Positions 26,101 to 36,307 of a stretch of DNA of 64,000 nt are shown in pieces; positions within the stretch are counted from its first letter, which is position 1; each line of letters starts with the position of its first letter. Origin of the DNA: Leucoraja erinacea (Eukaryota). The translations under genes and the position numbers were made by a program. The DNA lies in assembly GCF_028641065.1 (NCBI RefSeq), contig NC_073378.1:83948001-84012000 (forward strand), given 5' to 3'. The notes below the pieces were generated by a model. The model ran no database searches. It saw only the letters and a list, made by a program, of their open reading frames with translations, and was not told where the DNA came from.

Positions 26101-27104
26101 CTCGCATATGTCCATTAAACCTGCAGTACGGCAAAATGTATTAATCCTTTCACCAAGTGGAGTAAATAAAATCAAAGTGAAATGCTGAAAATACGTGAAG
26201 TGTCAACAACAGGACAGGCCCGCGACTGCGTGCGTTAAGGATGGAGCCAGCAATGTTATATCATGAAAGTTAAAATTAACGAATTTCAACTGCATTCATT
26301 CTGATGTGGATGATGCTTTGTTGATGAGTTGTGTAAATTAATTTGAATGACTGTAGTTCTGAATGCATTTTATTTTCTACCCCTAATTGCAGAACGTAAT
26401 AAATGTTTGAAGCATAATGGGCAAAGTTCTAACCACTATATGCTATTTCAGTTTTTTGAAGAACACTTGCTCACAGAGCTGTGAACTCAGCGACCATTGG
26501 AACTTATATTTGATCTGTTTACACTCAGCTACCTGTCCCATTTGGAGAAGGGAAGTGAACATTTCACTGCTAATTCATGAACTATTTTAAAACAACGTAC
26601 ATTAGAATGAAGTATTTCCACTTTCCGAATTGAGATTCAAAAACATAACACTTCACATTAATAAATATGAGGACTAAGCTTCCAAGTTGAATACTAGGAG
26701 GAGCATTGCTATCTGTATTATATTTTGTCAAACATCAAAGAACACCACTACCCTACTAGACAGCTGATTTGCAAGACGATATATAAAAATGTATAATGTA
26801 AAAACATCCAATATTTCATAATCTTTACTGGAAATTAGATTTACTTTCAGAAACACTGTGCAAATATGTTTTAATAAATTATGTTTCCTTAGGTATCATA
26901 CAAATTATTCAGGGCATGCATTTGGCGTTGGAATGAATAATAATGTAATTGAATATTAACTTACCATTATTGTTCAGCAAAGAAAATCTCGTACATTGAA
27001 CAGTTAGGTTTAATTTCAAAGAAATTCTAAATTAGAATATAAAATACACTTTAAACATTGTGGCTGTGTGAATTTATATTGTTAATGCAATTACACTGAT
27101 ATAA

Positions 27105-27196
27105 TTGAAGAAGGGTCTCGACCCGAAACGTTAATATTTCCTTCTCTCCAGAGACGCTGCCTGTCGCGCTGAGTTCAGCATTTTGTGTCTATCTTC
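27105..27196 (+). mobile_element. Short dispersed repeat (Penelope-like terminal repeat with hammerhead-like core) inside the cluster
   Basis: TTGAAGAAGGGTCTCGACCCGAAACGTT...CAGCATTTTGTGTCTATCTTC. The same family occurs at 39401, 39578, 41150, 53111, 55325 and 60028. Confidence 0.75.
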
Positions 27197-30100
27197 CGTT
27201 TATATATATACTTTGTTTTAATTTAATATCGGACACTATTTCAGTGAAGTGAAATATGAACATGAAGTGAAATTATATTTTATATATAAATATTATATAA
27301 TATATACAATATATTCCTCTGAATATCTCATAATATATAAGACGCATGTTATCTTAATCGGTCCAAATGTTATTTGGAAATTGTACAAAATTGCACCAGT
27401 TGGTTGTACAAGAACGAATACATTCTACACACGAAATGCCATTTGACCTTATTTACCAAACATAATAATGTAACCGTTATTAATTCAAATGCCGCAACTT
27501 TGTGAGTGCATATGATTAAACAAATATTTTATGTTAATCTATAAAATGTTTGTTTCCTTGTTGATATGTATCTATTACAATGCAGAGAGTAATTGTTTTA
27601 AATTATTATGCTGTGGTACCCCACAAACCGCAAACTCAAATGTCTGGGTATGTATGTGATATAATGTTCTGTCTTATGAAGATGTTTCGTTGTTTGCACC
27701 ATACACTAGTTACGTAACTGACTTAACATTTGAATGCCATTACATATTATTTACAAAGAGTTCCATATTACGATCTATATTGTCAGCAATGTCAAACCAA
27801 ATATATGTTATCTTTGTACTTATGCATAGTCCATTATAAATGCCTAACCTAGGCAGTCGCAGGCGTGCCCTGTTGTTGACATTCAACGTGATTTCAGCGT
27901 TTCAGTTTAGTTTTATTTATTCTAAAACAACGAACAATTTGCTTATGTGCATTGAAGTACCGTTGATCCAATTATAATATAAAACGACCACACAAATGCT
28001 TTATTTCATTGCCCATTTGAATAATACATTCAGTTTCGAATTGGAGTGGCGCAATAGTATTTAATAGTGTTTTTAAAGTTAATTCAACAATTTTGAAGAC
28101 AATTTGGCGTGATTTGCAAAGAGCCACGTACGCAAGTTAGGTACAGCGTACATTTATTTAAAATCCAATTCAATTAATTCTGTTCATGTTTGAATTCGGT
28201 ATGGATTTGACATTACACATTCGATTGGAGTAATTCTCAATAAATATTTAAAATATATTTGGGGGGTTATTATTGCGAAAAGTAATAGTTTTGTATACAC
28301 ATTAATTTCACGATGGCAAGTTATGCTTAACAGTGAGCGCAAAGAAAAACGGGCTTTGCACGATTCATACAAATGTACGCAAGTGTAGCTACTGCCTGCA
28401 GTGCATATTGTTTTCCCTTAGAATTTTTAATACGACTTCAAATCGATTGAAGAGAAGGAATAATTCAATCAAACAATTTTACCAAGACAAATGAGCATGC
28501 CGACTGCAGGCAGAACATACAAAATCGGTGATGTGAATGGATACATACTTCTAAAAAGTGGAAATCAGCGAAATAAATCCAAATCTCTGCCTTAATACGG
28601 CTTTGGTTTTTGGAAATGGCTTACAGATTTAATCGTGTAACGAGGGGCTCTGTTACAATTGTAGATTATGCCGCGTATAAATGTCTTTAAACATGATTCT
28701 TGGCGTTCAGCTTCGTGCATTAAATTATCATAATATATTTTTACTGACAGTCTGCAGTAACGCATGCGAAATTATCCCTAAGAACTAACCCAAGGTTGCT
28801 GGCGTTATTCCTTAAGGCAATTTTAGGGGGGGAATGCATTATCTTTTCCCAATAAATTATTTTATTCGCTCGGGGCTGCGCTGAATCCACTAGAAGTACA
28901 TTAGGTTACGATAATTTACGCAAAATATGTGAGGTTCACGGCGAATCATATGCACCAACAGAAGAGCGGAAGAGCCGAAGCTAAATGAACATTATGGAAA
29001 GCCAATTCTATGTTGTAGCATTGTTTTATGTTTGGTTATGATGATGTTAACGTTGACTGTATGGCAAATTTTGCTTGACTATATATTGTGCTATAAATAA
29101 CAAGAAATGGCGAGTCCCAAATCTGATAGTCTGACGAGATAAATCTGATTGTTTGAAGGGTACGAAGCACCATTGTTCTTGCATTTGAGATACTTAAGAC
29201 TGAAGCAAAACGGATAATAAACCGAAGTAAAAATTTGCCCAGAATGTATATATTTGGAGAAACTGATAACTGTTGGTTATACCTGCTTTGTCTGCATCAA
29301 TGATTACTGTTAGCTAATAACACAGTGTTTGGTTCTCATTTCCTCGTAAACGAAAAAAATCGCCTTTTTTTACACAAGATGCAGTAGAAAAGTATAATCT
29401 AATAATTAGACCAGCCTTGATCAGACACAATGTGGGTGGTTCTCCTCGAGTATTTCCCAACCAGCGCACGGATGAATGTTGCAATAGGATGTCGTGATTG
29501 GTTCGCTGCGTCATGTGATGAATGTAGTATTTTATAATCCCACGACATTTTGACAAATCAGCTTGCATGTTGCAAGCAGCAGCCCCCGAGTTGTTGATTC
29601 GTGTGCATTAGGAAAAAGGCACTAGAAAAATAAAGTATGGTTTAAGGTTCACTATTAGAAGTGCAACATTATTTAGATGTAAATGCAACAAAATAGATCG
29701 GAGACTTCAATAAATTTGCTTACCTCTCAAATAATAATTTCAAGGTAGACCACTTCCAAGAGACCACTCTCTGTAATATCCAAGATAAATCAGAGTACTC
29801 TGCATGACTGTGGAATTTATCTGTAATTCTATATTTTGAAATGAAAAAATGAGGAAATTAATATTTTTAGTGCAGATCAAGTTTTAGCTTTACACGTCCA
29901 CAGCCCAGCGAAAGATGGATTATGCAATGCCACACACAATTTCCTGTGCTTCCTATTTATAACGTATGTAGACTATATGCTTTAAAATTCTAAAAAATGC
30001 AGCATAAAATTCCTTACTCAAATATTGTGTAGAACAGCTCGGTAATCATTTTAGTTTTGCAAGAATAGAGGCGAAATTTCGCAAATATATGACCAGATAC

Positions 30101-30644
30101 AGTGTACCGAATATAAGTGAATAACCATTATATCCAGAGCAGTTACATACAGCTGTAGACAAAAGTGAAATGATGGTTACATCATAACAAACACATAAGA
30201 GATCGGCTGATCATAGATAACATAAAGTTGACTAAATGCCTTTTATACGGTTCATGAATGCTACAATCTTACAGCTTATTTGATCAGCCTATCTACTCTT
30301 TTTTTTTGGTTGCACAGGTTGAAATTTAGATGCAGCTAAAAGTTAATTTACAAAATTGTAGCCATATATCAATATTCATTTGCATTGTAAATTTAAGCTT
30401 TGGTGATGTTAGTAAATTACTAAAGCTTGGCTGAGCAATACTTAATTCATGATTAGTCATTGAAATTCAAACATTTAAAATAATTTAGCCGAACCTTTCC
30501 ACAATTTCGACAATACATAATACTCGGTACAGTTACTGACCTATGTTTGGTAGTCCTTGTTCAACTTTACATGCTCATTATTGAAACACCCACGTTCGGT
30601 TGGTTGTGTGTTCAAAGCCCTTATAAATGATTCTCCGCAGATGT

Positions 30645-30661
30645 AACAGTAGATGGCGTAC
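30645..30661 (+). promoter_or_regulatory. Candidate CTCF site downstream of HoxA13
   Basis: ACAGTAGATGGCGT. Confidence 0.4.
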
Positions 30662-31160
30662 TTGTTCTACATATACACCTCATGACTATTCATGAGCTGT
30701 TAATCGTCAAGGTCAAAGACTATCTGTTTTCGTCAAGGTCAAGGTTTAAACCTCCCCACCCCCATCGCTCTGCAACCAGAGCCAAGTAATGGCAGAAAAT
30801 GTATTTGTATTCTGAATATTTCAACGCGTTTAGTTTACTACACTAAAACATTCAGTATTTTAATACATGCTTAGATATAACCTAAAATATTTCCATCAAC
30901 ATCCCGAATCTTTATCTGGCGGTGATGTTTTCCTTGAAGAAAGGCAGCACATACTTGCTAAGACTTCTTATTTTTTTTGTAAGTTCCTTGGTTGTTTCTT
31001 AGAATGAAAGCTCTGTTTTCACACATCTTGAATAACTTGCCACACAACAGGAAGAAATCTAATTAGCCCATTTAAAAAAAACTTTTTTTTTGTTTTGAAG
31101 TTCTTAGCCGGTCTCATGTTTCTTCATAAAAAATATGCGACGCTGTAGTTTATGAAGACT

Positions 31161-31166
31161 TTTATT
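31161..31166 (-). terminator. Candidate HoxA13 polyadenylation signal
   Basis: AATAAA on the minus strand ~1.1 kb after the stop. A second candidate lies at 31825-31830. Confidence 0.4.
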
Positions 31167-32247
31167 CGTGAAATAATTTGTTTTAATGCAAATAATTCAG
31201 AAGATGATTAAAAAAAAGACAATAGGCTATACAGATTAAAAGCTGCATAATAGCAATGCAAGACATTTCTTAAATCTTTGATTATCATTCTTGATTTAAC
31301 CTTGCAACTATAATTGGTTATATATACCAAGCAAGAGGGGGGCATGCAGGTATAACAATGCGGTATTTTAAAAAAATACAATTGCACGCAAATGCTGTCA
31401 TCTTTAGGAAGGAGGCTGTATGTCTTAAGACTGCATGGAGATTAATGTAATGTGTGATGTGTAATATAAGTAGCAAGCAAAAAAAAAGGCTTCATATTGA
31501 GTTCATTTTCACGGAATTGGGTCTTCCACGTTTGCAATTAGATATTTTTTCCACTCTGTAGAAACTGCATTTTAATTACGAAAGGCAAGGATGCTCCTAG
31601 GTATGTACATAAGACGAACGTAGTGCTGAAATTGTACGCATTCACGTTCCCATTTACACTGCTATTTAGAATATATTCTCCCTTCTACCTGTACATTAAT
31701 ATCTTTAGAGATAGCGTATCCCTTCCAAAGAAACCTTAGTGCGTAAACATTCTTATTATACATTTCACGATATATCCCATAGCTTACCTGAGGAAACAAA
31801 AATAGCATGCACTCTAGTAGCGTTTTTATTAACTAAACCCCTTTCAGCAAGTTTTCTTTAGGTGCTTTGATAGCATTCATGCGAAGGAACAGTATGAATC
31901 AAAGTTTTATGATTATTCTTTTTGAGTGTTTCTGTCTATATGCACTCGACAATGTTTTTGCCTCGAAAATAGCAACCCTCTAGATTTTTCAATAATGGGG
32001 TTGATTTATTTCTGGCGAATCTTAAACGATTAAACGACTTAAACAAGTCAGTTGCACCATATCTCTCTTGAAATATTATTTGTGAGTTGTTTGGGATTGT
32101 TTTAAAAAAAAAATAACGTGCAGGCAGAAATGTAAAAAAATCTAGCATCAAAAGAATGAGCTGAGATGGATTATTTTTTCTCCAGGCTGAGATTAAATAT
32201 GTTCTAAACATTTGCAAAGTAAGTCCGAGTGTTCTGGAATTGTCGCA

Positions 32248-32492
32248 CTAGCTGTTACTTTTCAGTTTGGTGAGGACTTTCTTTTCTTTGACTCGTCTGT
32301 TTTGAAACCAAATAGTGACTTGTCTTTCTGAGAGATTTGTTGATGCCGATATCCTCCTTCGCTTGTCCTTGGTGATGAATTTATTGGTAGCATATTCCCG
32401 TTCAAGTTCTTTTAACTGCACCTTGGTATAAGGCACCCTTTTCTTTCTTCCACGCCGAAAAGAGCTCGCATCCGAAGGATGAGAAACGACGT
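32248..32492 (-). CDS. hoxa13: HoxA13 exon 2 (homeodomain)
   Basis: [72 protein letters not shown]. Acceptor TAG at 32495-32493, phase 1. Confidence 0.98.
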
Positions 32493-32881
32493 CTATAAAG
32501 AAAATGAAACACACCTTTACTATCCCATGCCCGTCGACAGAAAAAAACACAGAGAATGTGGCTGGTGTCAAGTTCAACATCAGTGCGTGGAGAAACTACT
32601 GGGATTTATTTACTGAACTAAATGACATAACAGCAAATGTAATTTTAATGCGTAATAAGTTGAATGAATGATATTTTAAAATATATATATGTTTAGGCAG
32701 TACATTAAAACGTGAAAGGCATATTTATGTTGGGCACATCCGGAATATTATTTTTTAACTGTGGTTTAATGTATATATCTTTCAGTTACCCGTACGAATT
32801 TGCAAGTCAGACAGAATGCTTTCCCCCTTCATTGGACGGATTTCGGTTATGGGGACTACGTTACGTTTTATCAATATTTAC

Positions 32882-33530
32882 CTGGCAGACTCGACTTCCA
32901 GAGGTGGGTGGGTTGAGGTTGCTCTTTTGAACAGCAGACTTGACCGTTCCACCCGTTGGTAATAGCCCAGGGCTGGTAGCTCTCCATGGGTAATAATGTT
33001 TCGTGTCTCGGTTCTCCCGGGGCGCTGATCGTGGGGACAACAGGTACATCCAAATAGCTGGGCATGGGTTGGTATGGCCCCGCGTAGCCTTGATAGAAAG
33101 CAAACTCCTTAGCTCGGGTGGTGAATTCCTCGCCGGCGGACGTGTCCATATACTTGTCGGCAGGATAGCCAGACAAGGTGGAGGGCTGCGCACAGGACTT
33201 AATGCTGCTATGGTGGCTCATTCGGCATGGATAGTAACTGCTCCCAAAGTATCCATAAGGAAGAGAAGCACTGGAGGAAGTTTGAGCAGCTGGACAAGGA
33301 CTACATTGTTTGACAGGTTCGACAATGCCAGAGGCTGGTAGTTCACTCGACGAGTAGGCAGAACTGGGGGCTAAGGATGCTGGATGGGCCATCAAATTCC
33401 TGCATTGGTTTGCGGTGAAGTTCCCTCCTGAAAATCCATCCATGCTTTTATTAATTTCATCCAAATTATTGTCGTAGACGAACATCACCGTGTCGATCCA
33501 GCGGGGATGAAGTATCACTGACGCTGTCAT
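32882..33530 (-). CDS. hoxa13: HoxA13 exon 1
   Basis: [21 protein letters not shown]...[11 protein letters not shown]...YYPCRM...KEFAFYQGY...YLDVPVV...YQPW. Donor CCAG|GTAAAT at 32881. 649 + 245 nt = 298 codons including the stop. No poly-Ala tracts. Confidence 0.97.
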
Positions 33531-33609
33531 ATCACGTCCAACATTGAGACTAGTGGCCGTTTTAAAAGCCCCCAAGACTGAAAAGAGATACTGAATCTCT
33601 CAGACTTAC

Positions 33610-33682
33610 CAGCATTGACGCGCCAGTGTCGCTGAAAACCGCCCCCTCATTGGCTGCCACTTTCCCACGTGATATGCAAAGT
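33610..33682 (-). promoter_or_regulatory. HoxA13 proximal promoter
   Basis: E-box CACGTG 33666-33671, CCAAT 33653-33649, GC box 33639-33644, TGACG ~33616. Confidence 0.6.
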
Positions 33683-36267
33683 AGATGATAAACATCTGAA
33701 GAATTAAAAAGGTAGATGCTACACTCGTCTAATATAGTAACGTTGGGGCATTTAGGTGAAACACTAATTGGAATTAAATACGTATCTCAAAATATTGAAA
33801 TACCATCGGTGCACAAAATATACCAGATTATGGGATTGATAGAGGTGGGTTTACATGAAAATGCCTAACCATGCTGGAAAAAGCAACATTTTGCACACAC
33901 ACACAGATGCTCGATGTTAAATATGTTGTTGCTGCGTTTAGCAAAATAAACTAATCATATTTATTGGCTTTACGCCGTAAAATGTTTAAAATATCGGTTT
34001 TCTGTGTTGGCGCCCGATTATCAGGCGAAGTTTAGTTTCTCTTTGGTTAGATGATTTTACGGTTCATCCTTGTTATCAAACGTATCTCATATCGATTAAA
34101 TTCGGCCTTCTTTTTCAAACAGGCTCTCAGTTAACCAAAGCGGGGCGTTAGGATGGGTTAGCGCCACACCTTATAGTGTATAAATAACATTACGAAGTGT
34201 TTTTAACTAATAGGAAAATAACGTTTGGAGAAATAGGTAGCTGCAGCAATTTTATAGTGAAAAGGAAACATCTGTATGACCTTTATATTGCTTCATGACA
34301 TAACTCGTTAAACCAAATAGTAATAATGCCCAAGCAAAGTCCAAAATTATACTGGTGGATGTTTGCTAAAAAGTGATAATCATTTGAAAAAAAATCCATC
34401 TGATCACTCTCGCTATAATATTTGTGAATAAAATAAACACCGGAGCAGTGTATGTTGAAATCAATCATTTTCAATGTTTTAAATATTGCAGAATAAGTCA
34501 CTTTGTATTTCCATTCGCCCGAACAATTGAGATATTTACCCGGAGCAGTAATGGTGACATTTCTAACTAGCTTAAAAATACACTTAATATCAAAGGACAT
34601 TTATAACACAGATAGGAATATTGACGAAATATTTTCTTGCCATTTTAATATCTGAATTCTTTCTTCCCCCGCTATTGCAATCTGTTTGTGATAGCTTGCT
34701 TGCTACAAAATGTATATTCTCTGAACATTCTGATCAACAGCATTCGCATAATTGGATTTCACATTAAAAATATCAATGAATGTATTTTACGAGTAACTGG
34801 CACATTCAAGTACACGGTGAAGCGATAGAATTGCGAATTGTTTAATATCTGCCACATCTGTGAATTTACTAAAACTATAAATATTATTTATTTTATAACA
34901 TCTATCGCGTTATTAAAAGCATTATTTGATAAATATACGCCTAAATAGGCGATGCATTTAGAATTAACGGTGAAATTTGGCGGAAAGCATGGCCATAATC
35001 CGCCCTACTAAACGCAGATATCACATGATGAAGAAGAGCGGCTGGTAAAATGGAAACAACGGTAACCAATACTAGTCGACTGTAATAGGTCGTCGTAAAG
35101 AGCGATTTTAAATTCAATTTTAGCCATTTAATGGGACCTTACGGTAAATGGAATCAAACCCATATCGTGATGAGCGACCTCATCAACCCTGTTTCAGAGT
35201 CGTTGGTCTTAGGCTCTGGCTGAAGACCCAGTTCCTTAAGTGATGCAGCTGTCTCGAGCAATCTTTTTACTATTGAAATGCTTTTTATTCTTTATATTCA
35301 CTACCTTACCCTCCCCCGCGGTCACTATCTCTCTATCGTTCTCTTTCCTGCTTTACTTGCTTTTCTCTTTATTTTCTCGCTCTGTCTTTTTTATCGTACT
35401 CTTCATATACAGGGGCCAGGCAATCGCCAAAGGAGTAGTTAATGGCGTTCATTTAATCCTATTTTAGAAAGTGGAAGTAATGCGAAGCCTAAGTATTTGG
35501 GGACGTTTTCAGTTACAGACGATCGTTATTCGGCAGAGAGGCTGATATTCCAATTATAGGCAGTAAATACTCTCCGTCGGTTCCCGTTGTATCAAATCAC
35601 GTAATTAAAACATAGTCTTTCAACCGTCCAGGGGTATTATGAATTAGCTTTCTTTTCAGTATCCAAAGTGTTCAACAGTTTTCCAGTTTATAATTGCCGA
35701 AAATGGATTGAAATTAATTCAAAAGATACAGTGCTGCAGACAAGTTAAATTAGGACTTTCTCACAAGATCTTGGGCGATTATTCTTTCACATCCTTGACC
35801 AGAGTACTCGGTGGGGGATCGTTTAATTTATACCCCAGTGATTATTATGTGATAAGGCGATTGGTACTCGTGTGTATCTGTCATTGACTGACAAAGATTC
35901 GCTTCCTTCCATAATTATTACTCGATCGATCTCTTCAGTATCAGTATTGATTACATTTCCCCATACATTGTAAACAAAGGTTATTTTTAAACTTTGTTCT
36001 AATTTTGCAATATTTTAAAAAACATTGATTCCACGTTAATTCTTAATAACGCCGTATCTGTTCAGCTAATCTGATCGTTTATACCGAAGGTGGATTACAT
36101 TTAATTATGTAGTATTTGTTCCACTGTAATATCCATTTATCAGATAAATAGGCAAGTTTGTGAAAGACTGGATTGTTTTCGAATATGTTTCAAACTGAAT
36201 TAATTAAAAAAAAAGTTTTATACGGCGACAATTTTTCATTGAGCATTAATTAATCGTGTTGACTGCT

Positions 36268-36268
<1 letters not shown>

Positions 36269-36304
<36 letters not shown>
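36269..36304. repeat. poly(C) tract
   Basis: Homopolymer. Other C/G runs lie at ~3820-3839 and 49261-49314. Confidence 0.9.

Positions 36305-36307
<3 letters not shown>

Noticed and set aside
33531-33575. ORF-track N-terminal extension of HoxA13 (MGAFKT...)
   Set aside because: It begins at a TTG; the conserved start is MTASV at 33530.
33578-33609. GTAAGT donor and TCTCTTTTCAG acceptor in the HoxA13 leader
   Set aside because: The implied 32-nt intron is too short for vertebrate splicing, and no partner exon is evident.
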